Part shown: one piece after another, positions 1-12,762 of the stretch
How positions within the stretch are numbered: position 1 is the first letter of the stretch
Layout: every line of letters starts with the position of its first letter
Assembly: GCA_028534125.1 (NCBI GenBank)
Contig: CM052818.1
Span: 48,176,001 to 48,240,000 of the forward strand
Length of the DNA: 64,000 bases
Direction of reading: 5' to 3'
From: Lama glama
Lineage: Eukaryota
The notes under the pieces: generated by a model
Databases searched by the model: none
What the model was told of the DNA's origin: nothing
The model's input: only the letters and a program-made list of their open reading frames with translations
Position numbers and translations under genes: made by a program

Positions 1-889
1 GCTGCTGAGGATTGTCTGTCTCCTGAGAGCAGCCTGGTGACAGTATTTTTTGCTGCGTTCAGAAGGAGCACCTGCAACTAAGGCCATGACTCTGACAGGC
101 TGGAATTGCGGGGCTAGTCGCTCACTCTGGAGCCCGCAACGGGGCATCTCGGAAGCCCCGAGGGAAGGTCTGGGGAGCAGCAGCCAGTGGCTCCTTACAC
201 AAGAGCGGGCGGGGGTGGGCCGGAGGTCTGGGGGGCTTCGGCTTCCGCTCTGCGGTTCCTGGGTCCTTCTGCTCCCCAACTGCTGCAGATTCGAAGCGAA
301 GAGTGTTCTCCGGAGGCGAGGCTGAGCCTCTGTGCCAGCTGCCTGCGGTTCAGACAGCTGCCTGCCTTCCAGCAGCCGCAGGCACCGCCTGGCGCTCCCG
401 GCTTCCACGGTGAAGGAGAGGCGGGGGCCCGGCGTTCCTGCTGCCATCGCACAGATGTGACGCGGTGGAGGACCAGGGGGAAGGTGCACGGGCGCAGAGG
501 GGCGGAGCTGCAGGGGCAGGTGGAGGGGGACGCTGCCCAGAAGGACGTTACTGGAAAGGACCTGAGACCTTCTTCCTCAGGTCTTTCGCTCAGAGTACAA
601 GATGGGGGCCTGGGGTCCCCCCTTACCCGGCCCTCCGTGCACTTACACAAGCCCGCACTGAAACAGGACTGCTTTTCAACCTTAGTGCAGGAGTAGTTCT
701 TGCAGATTTTGTTTTGAAAGGTGTTTTTTCCTCTCTTATCTGCTTCAGAAGCATCTCTTCTACTTGTGCCTCTGCTTCCTGAAGCCTCTCATGATCCCCA
801 GACCCCTTGCTCTCTTCTGCCTCCCATCTGATGCACAGGATGGGGGTGGAGTCAGGAGACAGGAGGGATCACATCTGTGTGTCACTCCC

Positions 890-1092
890 ACCTCCCTCAT
901 GTACTTGCTTTGTGACCTTCAGCCAATTACTCAACTTCTCTGTGTCTCCGTTTCTGCAGCCGTAATTGGGGCTAATAGCATCGCTTACCTCAATGACCTG
1001 CCATGAGGATTACATGAGTTAGTATTTATAAAGCGACTTAGAGCAGGCCTGGCACGTGGTCAGGGTGGTATAATGCTTTGCTTTTATTAGTA
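890..1092 (+). mobile_element. MIR SINE
   Basis: tgtgacctt...caacttctctgtgtctccgtttct...tgaggattacatgagtt...taaagcgacttagagcaggcctggcac matches the MIR core and tail. Confidence 0.8.
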
Positions 1093-1654
1093 GTTTTGAA
1101 GCTGAACATAGCTAAGGTGAGTGAAGACTAGCACCCATCTCTCTACTGAGGTCTTAGAATTAAATGCTCCATCTGCTTCAGCACGGAACCCTTGCACCCC
1201 GTCACTGCCACTGTCCAGCCCACTGAGCTGTCTCTGCTCCCAGCACTCCTGTGAGTTAGGGTCCCGGGAACAACCCTGGGGTCTGTGATGCTGAATAAGA
1301 CCCTCTCTTGCTGTTTCTCCTGAGCCCTGTGTCTGCCCAGGTATAACAGGTAAGCTTCTGCCTGGAGCTTCTCCCAAGTGCTCATGGACTGTCCAGGCTC
1401 ATTCTGGAGGAGAAGACATCCTGAGGATTTCATCCCAGCGCGGGTCCTACTGCCTTTTCTTGTTTGGGTCAGACTTCCCACCAAAACAATGAGTGAAGTC
1501 TTGACCAGAGTCATTGGCCAACACATTTATGCTCATGGAAAAATTACACACACACACATATACATGAATCTCATGATCAACATATCATTGCTAAGTAAAA
1601 TAATTAATACATAAATGTCACTAAAATGAGGTTTTCAATTTTTAATTGAGTAGG

Positions 1655-1860
1655 AAGATGCTAATAGTATAATTTTAAGTGAAAAAGACAAGACATAAAA
1701 TAGTATATATAGCATGGTTTTATGTACACGTATTTAGATGAAAGGGAAAAACAAATACTTATATGGTGGTAAGGTTATCAGCCATTTTTGAATTCTTTAT
1801 ACTTTCCTATATTTTTCAAAAAGTTTATAATGAATGTGTAGTACTTCCATAAGCTGAGAC
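1655..1860 (+). mobile_element. Ancient L1 (L1ME-like) 3' fragment
   Basis: ttaagtgaaaaagacaag...aaaatagtatatatagcatg...ctttatactttcctatattttt resembles an L1ME 3' UTR. Confidence 0.55.
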
Positions 1861-4371
1861 AAAAAAGCAATTAACAGCACTATTTTTAGAAAACTAGAGT
1901 AAGAAGCATTTACTCCACCCCCTGGGTGTTGTCATAATCCATATTCCCTGCTCATCACACAGGAGGCCGTCTAACCCTGATGTTGGAGGAGCCTTTGAAG
2001 AACCGTGACGGAAGCTCGGAGGATTTGTTGCAATGATTCTCGGGGTCCCCGACTGTGAAATGAGGGTGCTGGGGGCTCCAGTTTCCTCCCTAGTGCTAAC
2101 ACTTTATAAAACTTAAATTAACACATGTTTCTAATGAATTTGGTGACCTTGACGGGAGAATGAGGGGATAGAGTCTTGACAACAGAATGGTCAGCCTCCT
2201 GCGAGATTTCCAAGTGTGTGTCTTAATGTTCTTCCTGTTTATCCTTCCAAGCACTCTCTTTCTCCGCTGGCGAGTCTCACTCTGGGTGCTGTGATTTCCC
2301 ATGTTCTCAGTTTATCCCTGAATCCTTCAGCTCCAGGTTGGGGGACCTCCACCCTGAGCCCAGATTAGAAGTTGCGGCCAGCCCAGTGTCTTGGGGTGAT
2401 CTGGCCGGTGACCCGGAGCGACACAGCACATCCTAGTGGTGCTGAGACAGAACCCCTGTGCAGTCATGAGCTTTGGGGTGACGACAACGCTGTGTGTGTA
2501 GTGAGACCTACAGGACGCCGATGGAGCCCTGTCCTCAATGACGCAGTTTACTATATTTTGGAATGAGCTTTCTCTAAATCCCCACTGAACTCAGCATGGA
2601 GGATAAAGTCATTTAAAAAGGCTTGGGTTACACTTTTCTGATGTTGCTGATACACACTGCAAAACAGTCATCTTTAGGTAATAAACAATCAAAAACGCAA
2701 ATTTTGAAAAAAAAATGCAAATGGTGGAAAAGTGCACATGAGGACCGTGCTTTGCCTTTTGACTTCTGGGATTATGGGCAGCTCAGAGTTGGAAGGGACA
2801 GGTGTGACCTAGTTCATCTCTCCTCCCCTCTCGTGATGTCTTCCGCCCCTGCCAAACCTTACCCCGACTCCGGCCTTGGGACCAGCCAGTTAGCACTTGA
2901 CGGCTTGTCTTGGCACCTTTTTTGATTTATACGTGGCCTCATGTTATGAATTTCATGACAGAAAACTTTCTGAAGCCAGACGCAGAGTGTGGCGTGCTCA
3001 TCGGAGCACCCAGCCCGGCTGGGTGGGTGACAGGGAAGGAGAGAGCCTGGCTGACGTGGAGTCCAATGTGGAGAAGCATCGGGCCAGTCAGTTTCCGTCA
3101 CGAGTTGCCCGGGTCCGCAGTGTGAGGTCCTTAGGACCGGAGCAGGGTGCGCTCGTGCCGAGGTCCCTGCTGTGGGTGAGGGACCCCCTGCATGTTGCTT
3201 CAGCTCCCCAGTGTGTCCCAGTGCCTGCCCCCCACCAGACGCATGGTGCTCCTGCCTGCGGCTTCCTTCCTGCTGGTACGGGGGGCACACCAAAGGATCC
3301 CCGCGTGGCACTCAGGGACGTACATTCCAGAAGGGAGGGGCGTGCAGACACCAAGTGGATGAACCTTTCCTTCTTTCTGCCCGCAGATGGGTGGTCCTGA
3401 GACGCGCTGCATGCCGCTTCAGGGTCCCGTGGCATCAAGCCCCAGCTTGCACCCAGCAGCTTCTAGGTAATAGCACACCCTCGTTTTCACTCCTCTTCCT
3501 CACTGCTCTCCTCTCTTCCTTCGTCTTGCTCCCCAACATCATGCTGCCTTTCCCCCAGACGCTGTTCTCCCGGACTCTGATTCCAGGGAAGACCCGTATG
3601 GCACCAGCTCGGAGCCAGCCAGGTGCCACGAGGAGGGCGGGTAGCGCTCTGAGAGACTTGGAAGCAGAAACCCAAAGAGTGCAGAGGGCCTGGAGATCCT
3701 GTGCCTGGAGCTCTGTCTGGTGTAAATAAACTTGCAGTGCTTACTTATTTATGGAGTGAATGCAAGAATGAGTGAATGGATGAATAAATCAACCAGATGG
3801 TCAAAGCAGGTCGAAGTTGAGAATTGCAAAAGGGGAGCAAAAACAACAGCCAGCGCCAAGGTGGCTCCTGACGGCCAGCTGGGCTTATTAAAGCGTCTTT
3901 AGTCCTGACTGAGCACCTGTGGGCACACAAATTGCCTGGGTCTCAACGCCATGGAAGGTGCATTTTTACATTTGTGAGTCTCCCAGGGTCTCCGTGGTTC
4001 TATACAAATAAGAGCTTTAATCCATGTATTTGACCCAGTTCTCTGTTTAATGTACATTTCTCAGTGCCTGCTACGTTCCACACGTGATTCCAAAACACAC
4101 TCCAGCACGTGTGCTTCCCCTCACACACATGCACACAGACACAGTGAGGCTGGTGTGGGGGCCAAGCCTACAGACTTCAGAGCCGCCTTTCCCACTCCAG
4201 CGCTTCCTCAGGGCTTTCTGCCTCCATCTTCTGGCCCTCATTTCTTCAGCACCCCCTTACCCCTTGGAGCTGGATGGTATCTGAGTATCCACGCCCTGGT
4301 CCCAACCTCCTGCCCCAGCAGCTAGGTCCTTACGTCCCTGAGATGGTGTCACCTGGGAGGATCCTTCAGGC

Positions 4372-4550
4372 CAGGGCTGTCCACCAGGGCTGTCTGCAGT
4401 GATGGAAATGCTCTAATCTGCACTTTCCAAAATCGTCGTGAGCCACATGTGGCCAGTGTGACAAGAAAACCAAATTTTCAGTATTATTCAATTTTACTTT
4501 ATTTACATTTAAAAGCACATGACAACCCAAACCTATTGTGCTGGACCCCA
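4372..4550. mobile_element. MER3-like hAT-Charlie DNA transposon
   Basis: cagggctgtcc...tgcagtgatggaaatgctcta...agccacatgtggccagtgtgac...aattttcagtattattcaatttt...gctggac matches the recalled MER3 consensus. Confidence 0.7.
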
Positions 4551-6624
4551 CAGCCCGACCACTCTCAGAGTCACAGTCACGCGTCAGCATTTTACCCGCC
4601 TTGCCTTCCATCTTCCCCTGGAACAACCCCGTCCTGCTCCCCGTACCCAAGCCCTGATATTACCTTGCGTGGCTTTAAAAAAAACCCCAAACAGTAGACA
4701 AGTCTGGGAGAATCTGCAAGAGTTTGGGCAAAGGGCGAGGAAAGCAGACGGTGGGGGAGGATCCGGGAAGGGCTGAAGAGGCGGACAGACACCTGCAAAT
4801 GCCTGCGGACGACAGGAAAAGTGCTTTGCATTCTGTTCCATAGACGAATGAAAGACGCGGGAATCCGAGGGACTCACAGGATGAGGGACTCACTGAGCGA
4901 AGGCAGGTTTGCGTTAATGAAAGGGCTTGGCTGGGCTCAGTGGAAGCCGCTGGGTGAGTGAGGACTGGGATTTTGAAGGAGCTGAAGTGAGCGGGGGGGG
5001 GGGGGGGGAGAACCCCCGGGAAGGCCAGTGCGTCAGGGCTACACCTGGGCAGGTGTCAAGGTGTCAGAAAAGCTCTGCCTTGCTCTCCTCGCCAGACCGT
5101 GGAGTTTGCAAATCACACGCCGCCTGTCTGGCAAGTTGCCACCTCAGACCAGGCTGGCGGTGTGGTACATGTTTTCATCACTTCCTGTCAATGAAAGATG
5201 TTGCGCGGAAGCACCGGGCAGGATTCCTGCGGGAGGCGGTCCGTGTGCCTCCGCAGCGCGCACATCCCCAGGGGCAGGTGACGTCGCTTAGCCCCATTGC
5301 AAGTAGAGCCGATCAGAGAACGGATGCAAAGAACAGGGAACTCACTGATTCAAAGTCTAAGCAAGAGAAAAGTGATGGCAGGAGGCAGCCATGTTGCTAA
5401 GTTCAAATGCACCGTGTCAGGTCCGGGAAGAGCGCAGCGAGGAGAATTTAAGAAGTCAACGTGTGACATCGCGGCACTGAGGACGCAGCACCGCGATGAG
5501 TGCCCCTGAGCACACACGCAGACGTCCTTCCTCAAAGTCACTGTCCAGTGCAGCGGGACAGCGTGGAGACCAGCAGGACCCCTGGGCCGCCCTAAGCCCT
5601 GGAGGTTCTCCTCCCAGGCCAGAGAAAGCCTCTCCGACTGTGTGACAAGCTTCGGTTGGGTGCGTTCACAATTCTGCAAAGGGAAGTCGTTAATACAGAA
5701 TTTAGTTTTCTGCCAGCAGATGTCCTTCTCCATCCAATCAAAGGCGGAAGAACCAGGCTGACTCTATTTTGTGTTTTGCCTTTTCAGAGTCTTGATTCTT
5801 TCAGGGGCTTCGAGGACGTGGGGGCCTGGCTCATTGCCAAAGCAGCTGCCAAGCCTCTCTCTCCTCGGCTTGGGTGCTGCTGCCTCCTTGGCCGCCAGGC
5901 TTCATGATGTCCATCTGACATGGCAGAGCTGGCTGGGGGCCACCGGGGAGGAGGTGGGCACGTGCCCAAGGGAGAGGGGCCTGCAGCTGCCACTCTTACC
6001 GCCTGAGAGTGGGGCTGGGGGCTGGTGGTCCCCCTGCCTGCCGCTGGGATGTGGGTATGTGTGGATCTGGTCATCTTAAATCTCTGAGATTTCATCACTG
6101 AGGATGGGTGTGCTCCAGCCAGCATGCAGAAGACGTGATGCTGGACCGAAAAGGCAGATGGGGGCTGCTGGCCCCGGGCACCCAACACCCGCAGTCGGAG
6201 GCTGGGCTGGTTAGATGTGAGGCCCATTTGTGTGATGAATGGCCTGGCAGAAGAAGCTGATGGGAAAACTCCCCCTGGCTTGGCGTGGCTCTCCCCTGCT
6301 CGCAAATGAAATACAGCAGTCAGACCTCATCGCAAATCACACGGAGGGCTGATTCACATCTGGGGAGGTGAACTGCCGAAGGATACTGTCATTCACATCG
6401 GTGAATTCTTTTTTAACCCAAGAATTTTTGTTTGATACCAAACCTTTTTTAGGTTAATCTGAACCCCAAGAAAAATGTAGTTAGGAGAGAAAATTCTGTA
6501 TCTTCCACCCAGGAGAGCGTGCGAGTGGGTCGCACCCGGGGAAGGCTAGAACAAAGCAGGCGGGGTGGGGCGGGGGGTGGGGGCAGGGTGCGCGGGAGTT
6601 AGAAGGAGGAAAAATACAAGTAAC

Positions 6625-6840
6625 CAATCCTGAGTACCTACTACGTGCCCAGCACTGTACCTGCAACTTCATACATCCCATTTCCTTCCCAGCTCCCTAA
6701 CGTCCTTTCAGATTGCTACCGTTATCCCTGTCCTGCAGATTCGGAAGCTGAGGCTAAGACGCCACATACATTAGAAAACCTAACAGCGCTCGTAAGTGAT
6801 GGATATAATGTTCCAACAAATCTGTCTGAATCTATGTCCT
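6625..6840 (-). mobile_element. MIR SINE
   Basis: tgagtacctactacgtgcccagcactgtac...gcagattcggaagctgaggct is antisense MIR. Confidence 0.65.
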
Positions 6841-6869
6841 AAAAGTAAAGAACATGATGTTCAGCCCCA

Positions 6870-7113
6870 GGCTTGGAACATGCCTCCTCCAATTTTTTGA
6901 TTATTTAGTCTCCAGCATCCTTCAAATCTCAGCCCACATGTCACCTCCTTAGAAAGGGCTTCCACAGACCCCCGGACACACTCTTCGTTATCCTCCTGGC
7001 TGTGGTGTAAGTAATTTGTTCAGTGTTTACTGGTGACTATATCTTTTTGATTATTATATTCTTATCATCATTATATTCAAGCATTTTATGAATGAATGCA
7101 TGAATGAATGAAT
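6870..7113 (+). mobile_element. L2 3' end with (TGAA)n tail
   Basis: catccttcaaatctcagcccacatgtcacctccttagaaagg...gaatgaatgcatgaatgaatgaatg. Confidence 0.65.
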
Positions 7114-8044
7114 GGCTTCGATGTAGCATCACTGAACTGAAGTCCATATTTTACCTTAATAGTGGCCCTGTGTATTTTCAGAACCGGTTATGACTCTTAA
7201 AGGAGGCAACTTTGGCTTTTACTTCTGTCCTGGTAAGATGGAATCCAGCAGTGACGTGGCCCGGACATCTCGCCCAAAATACCTAATGCACACGCCGACC
7301 ATTAGACCCTCACTGGGCTGAATCCTCATCCATCTTCACTCCTAACTGGGCATCAAGTCATACAGACTCACTTATTAGTAATAAACACCCAAAGTATTAA
7401 ATATGTAGTCGGACATCTGTTATATTATTTACATAATAGAACTGGGGTGGGCATAAATGTTAATAAACAGCAATGCAATATTATTAGTGATCACTTAGAC
7501 TTGCAAAATGATAAATTATGCAGGAGCCTCTAAATTCTTGAATGCAATAGTATATGAGATGGAAACTATCAAGGGTATATTTTATTCATTGGAGACTCTC
7601 AACATTTATACTTTTGATAGATCCAATCACCTTACTCTGACTTTGTGATTAAAGCAGGCTTCGTGTGAGATAGATTCAGGTTGACTCTGCAGATTGCTGG
7701 GAACACCAGGAGTTTCCGCAGAATGTCCCAACTCCACTGTGTTCAGAGAACACTTGCTTTGAAATGTTTGTGAATCCAACTTCCAGGGCTTCTCAGGGGC
7801 ACTGAACTGGAGCTCTCACTTGCCAATGGTACAATGGGAGTTGGCCAGCTGACCACAGCATATGTCCCAGTGACTCCGCAATCTGGAAATTCATTTTCAG
7901 GTCACAGAACAATCTTACACGGCTCTGTTCTCAAAGTTAAACTTCGTTGTTTAGCGCCATAGGATGCATTTCTCAGACTGAAAGTTTGGAGAGGAAGTAT
8001 CCGGTGGTTTTTAAGCACTGACTACCGACTATATATTTTTGCTT

Positions 8045-8235
8045 CTTGTTTTCTTTAATCTTTTCAACGACCCTGCGATACAAGCGTTATTACACGCTCT
8101 AACCCTCATACTAAAGCTAGACACACACGCTTAGAGTCATCAGGAAGCTTGTCCAAGATCCAGAGAAGTGGCAAAGTCGAGATTTGAACCCAGATCCAGC
8201 TTAGATCAAAATTTATATTCTTTTCATTACATCCT
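8045..8235 (-). mobile_element. MIR SINE
   Basis: tttaatcttttcaacgaccctgcga...cttgtccaagatc...aagtggcaaagtcgagatttgaacccagatc. Confidence 0.65.
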
Positions 8236-8797
8236 AAACCAGCCTGAGGCAACTCAAATCATATCTTGGTCATTCTTTCTTTTCTGGTAATATTTCAAGC
8301 ACTTTTTTCATTTAAGCACAGATACCAATCAGACTTCTGTTGTGTGCTGAGTATTGTGTTTCCTTGGGAAAAACACGGTGAGTAATCCGGATTCGATCTC
8401 TTTCTCCATGAAGTTTCAAAGAATTAAAGAATCTAATTAACTGAATTAGACTTCCTTACTATTATTCTTATTATTTTAAAAGTGAAGTTAGAACTGGTTG
8501 GTTTGGGCTCTGTCCCTTTAAGAGAACCCCAGGAGCCCATCGCCCTCCTGGCGAGGAGAACCTTGCCTGCCTTCCCAGCGAGATTGTTCTCCCCAAAGCA
8601 TTCAACACCCCCCCCCCGACCCCGTGTAAAATGCCCAGACCTTGTCTTCTGCATCTCAGCCCTGCTTTACGAGCGGTGGGATTTCTGTTTCGCTGCTGGG
8701 TTTGCCAGCTCTCTGGGATTTGCTAGGATTCTCCTTAAATGTTCAGCCGGCGGTGTTCCGGGGACCCCCGGGAGGACTGACTGCGTGCAAAGCCCAC

Positions 8798-8828
8798 CTG
8801 CCACCTAGTGGCTGGAGCAGGAACTTCA
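8798..8828 (-). promoter_or_regulatory. CTCF binding motif with upstream (M2/U) motif
   Basis: Minus strand reads TGAAGTTCC-TGCTCCAG-CCACTAGGTGGCAG: a canonical core plus a 1-mismatch TGCAGTNCC upstream motif at typical spacing. Confidence 0.65.
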
Positions 8829-9399
8829 CCTTCCTGGAATTCTGGGGCGTGGGGTAGCCACCAGGGATTTGACTTAAATTAAATTAGTTTAACTTGTTTT
8901 TAAATGTATTCTATTCTAGTTGCTCTCATTCGTCCTCGATGAGGAAGTGACTCCACCAATCTTCTGAGCCTTTAGAAAGCCTCAGAGTCTAGGTTAGCTT
9001 TGGTCTATTGAGGAAGCTCCGTCCAAGAGCATCTTTCTCACTTGCCTGATTCCGAGTTTTATACCCACTACCTACAGAACTAACTGCAAGCTTCCCTGAC
9101 AGTCCCTTGGAAAAAGTAAATTCACCTTTATGACAAAAATAGATTCTTGTGGTTTGGTTTAAAAATGGAGCCCTTTGGAAAACTTAAAACAAAAATTGAA
9201 AATTCTTTAAAAGAAACATCCCAGTCTTCACTTTGGAATTCATCTGATGAAATGAATGACAACTACCACTATTTAGAGGTTGTTTTTTTTTTTTCCAGTT
9301 TATTTGTATCCTCCTTTCTCTAAATCAGTGGTGTTCAAAGTCGACTATATATTGGAACTACCTTGGTAATTCTGATGGGTTGCCAAGTTAAAAGCCTCT

Positions 9400-9480
9400 G
9401 GATAGCACAGGGAACTATATTCAATATCTTGCAGTAACCTTTAATTACAAAGAATATGAAAACAAACAAACAAAAAAACG
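9400..9480 (+). mobile_element. Very short cetartiodactyl-type L1 3' UTR fragment
   Basis: atagcacagggaactatattcaatatcttgcagtaacctttaat...aaagaatatgaaaac followed by an A-rich run; same motif as the L1 3' ends at 10.9, 13.5 and 26.9 kb. Confidence 0.7.
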
Positions 9481-10411
9481 AAACACTGTGAGCCTGACTC
9501 AGAATGCCAAACAAAAAGTATTATTTTTAAATCCTACACTGAAAGGTGATATTGATCAGTTTGACGTGCCTTTGTTTGAGAGAAGGCTATTAAGTAGAAC
9601 AATTTGGAACAACAAGATTCAAAGAAGGATTATTAACCTAAAGTAATTAACTCATGGTTAACTATTAAATAGATCTTTACAGCTACTGACCACAGCACTG
9701 CAGATTCAAAGAGTTCACACTAGCACTTTTGTGTTTCTGGAAATTTGTGGGAGAAGAAAACCAAAGTATATGATGGGAGATACTTCTAGCTTTACCCAGA
9801 TCCTCACTGAAACAGGTCTGATGTTTGCTGGTAGAAATAAAAGAAGAAATGGGGGCAGAGTAGGTAGTGACACTTAGGGTCTTGAAAGGTGTACACAGAC
9901 TTCTGTTTCTGGGAGAATGTGGCACTTTTACAAGGTCTCCCAGCTTTGTACACATAAAATGATTTACAGCACTGTTGGGGCTTACAGATATTCAGTTCTC
10001 CGTTTTGTTGCATTTTTTTCAGTGAACAAACAATATTTTAAAAATAGGCACTTATTTTTAACACTGTTTATAGCAATGAATAAAACATTGCATGTATTGA
10101 TAAGCTAGGTCACGCTTCCCTCTGCAAGATGTCCAGGGAGTAAAGATAATAATGCATGTGATTCCCCAAAATTCAGTCATAATTATAAATGGTGCATGTG
10201 TTTATATGTTCACGTTTTTAAAAAAGAGGACTTTATAAGATTTGTAATATTAAATGCATGCAAAATAGGAAACAAGTATTGAAACTGAAGAATTTATACA
10301 GTTAAAAGGGGGAACAAAGAGATGGTCTCAGACCAAATATTAGGTAAGTATATGATATATGTAAGCTAATATAAATCAATTAACCAAAAATACAAATTTA
10401 TTTTTTATAGT

Positions 10412-11030
10412 CCTACCAAATGATCTAGCAATCCTACTCCTGGGCACATATTCAGAGGAAACTCTAACTCAAAAAGGCACATGCACCCCAGTGTTCATAG
10501 CAGCACTATATACAATAGTCAAGACATGGAAGCAACCTAAGTGTCCATCAACAGATGACTAGATAAACAAGCTGTGATATATTTATACTATGGAATACTA
10601 CTCAGCCATAAAAAAGAACAAAATAATGCCATTTGCAGCAACATGTATAGACCTGGAGGTTGTCTTACTAAGTGAAGTAAGTCAGAAAGAGAAAGACACA
10701 TCATATGATATCACTTACATGTGGAATTTGAAACAGTGATACAAATAAACTTATTTATAAAACAGAAACAGACTCACTTATGGTTACTGGGGGGAGAAAG
10801 GAGGGGAAGGATAAATTGGGAGTTCAGGATTTGCAGATACACACTACTATATATAAAACAGATAAACAACAAGTTCCTACTGTACAGCACAGGGAGCTAT
10901 ATTCACTATCTTGTAATAACTCATAATGAAAAAGAATATGAAAAGAAATGAATCACTATGCTGTACACCAGAAACTAACACAACACAGTAAATCAACTAT
11001 ACTTCAATAAAAAATTTTTAAGTGAAAAAA
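10412..11030 (+). mobile_element. 5'-truncated L1 (ORF2 end + 3' UTR), cetartiodactyl type
   Basis: atgatctagcaatcctactcctggg...acatggaagcaacctaagtgtccatcaacagatg...gccatttgcagcaacatg...tgtacaccagaaactaacacaaca...actatacttcaataaaaaa. Confidence 0.92.
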
Positions 11031-11519
11031 AGTACATTTTAAACAATGCTTCAAAAAATAAAAATATGTAGCTTTTCTTAAAACTGATGCAATATATCCA
11101 CAACTGTCTTTGCTAAATTTTTCTTTGAAACCCCAGAAATACAGTCATTTTTTTTCATAGGATGTAGCATTTTGAAGATTGTTGATGGCTTATAACAGGG
11201 CAGTGGGTAAACAGGAAAGGATTCCAGCACTGCCCAGACCACTCTGGGGTACCGTGGGTCTACCAATTTTTCCCCAGAGATAAAACTAGCTGGATACTTC
11301 CCCCTTGGTTACCTGTGAAGAGAAGGTCATTTTTTAAAAATGTATTTTTCAGGGAAGCATACAGTAGAACTATATTTTAGATTTCATTTATCTTTCTGAG
11401 AACAGACAAATGGTCAAGGAAAAAAAAAACAAAACAAAACATAGATCTAAGGCTAAAACCTGCACTTTTTCTGTTCCTAGTTCTTGTGAAAGAAGAAAGA
11501 ATAGAGAGATGGATAGAAA

Positions 11520-11735
11520 CCTAAATTTACGGAGCACCTGAAATATTCTAGACTCTGGGCTAAGCTCCTTACATTCACTATTTTATTTTATGCCCACACA
11601 TGGAAAACATTTTCTCATCTCTGTCTCAAACAGGGGATTGAGTCTCAGAGAGGTTAAATAATTTGCAAAATGCCATGCAGAGTATAGCAGACTTTTGTTT
11701 GATCTGTAATTCAAGTTCACGGTGTCTTCTCTTTG
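11520..11735 (-). mobile_element. MIR SINE
   Basis: atttacggagcacct...ctctgggctaagctcctt...attgagtctcagagaggttaaataatttgc. Confidence 0.6.
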
Positions 11736-11923
11736 CTGAGCTTGAAAATGGGAGAAGAGCAGAACCAGACCTTGAAAAAGTCCCCCCTCCAGGCCTCTGC
11801 TTGTCTTAAATATTGATGGGCTCCTAGCCCCTCCAAGCTGGATGTGTGACTCCCATCTCTCCGAGGGGGTCCACACCTCATGGGAGTCTAGTTCCCTGGG
11901 ATATGAACTCATTATCATTTCAT

Positions 11924-12762
11924 CTTTTTTTTAATTGAAGTATAGCCAGTTTATGATGTATCAGTTTCTGGTGTACAACATCATGTTTCAGCGTATATAT
12001 ACATACATACATTCATTTTCATATGCATTTTTATTATTGGTTACTACAAGATATTGAATATAGTTTCCTGGGCTGTAGAGAAGAAACTGTTGTATATCTA
12101 TTTTATATATAGTGGTTAGTATTTGCAAATCAAACTCCCAATTTATCCCCTCCCACCCCGTTTCCCTGCTGGTAACCCTAAGTTTATTTTCTGTGTCTGT
12201 GAGTCTGTTTCTGTTTTATAAATGAGTTCACTTGTATAACTGTTTTAGATTCCACATAGAAGTGATATCATATGCTATTTGTCTTTCTCTTTCTGGCTTA
12301 CTTCACTTAGAATGACCTCCGGGTCCACCCATGTTGCTACAAATGGCACTATTTCATTCTTTTTTATGGCTGAGTAGTATTCCATTGTATAAATATACCA
12401 TGACTTCTTTATCTAATCATCTGTCAATGGAAACTTAGGTTGCTTCCATGTCTTGGCCATAGTAAACAGTGCTGCTGTGAACACTGGGGTGCATGTTCGA
12501 ATTAGAGTTCCCTCCAGATATATACCAAGTCTATTTTTAGTTTTTTGAGGAATCTCCAGACTGCACCAAACTACATTCCCACCAGCAGTATAGGAGGGTT
12601 CCCTTTTCTCCACACTCTCTCTAGCATTTATCATTTGTGGACTTTTTAATGATGGCCATTCTGACTGGTGTGAGGTGATACCTCATTGTAGTTTCAATTT
12701 GCATTTCTCTGGTAACTAGTGATATTGAGCATTTTTTCATGTGCCTATTGGCCATTTGTACA
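11924..12762 (-). mobile_element. 5'-truncated L1 (ORF2 C-terminus + 3' UTR) with internal deletions
   Basis: Poly-T at ~11924, then antisense L1 3' end. ORF 12413-12634 contains the L1 ORF2 C-terminal peptide TCTPVFTAALFTMAKTWKQPK. Confidence 0.92.

Noticed and set aside
50..782. Overlapping 90-170 aa ORFs on both strands
   Set aside because: GC-rich, stop-poor DNA, open in several frames at once; no recognisable domain or exon structure.
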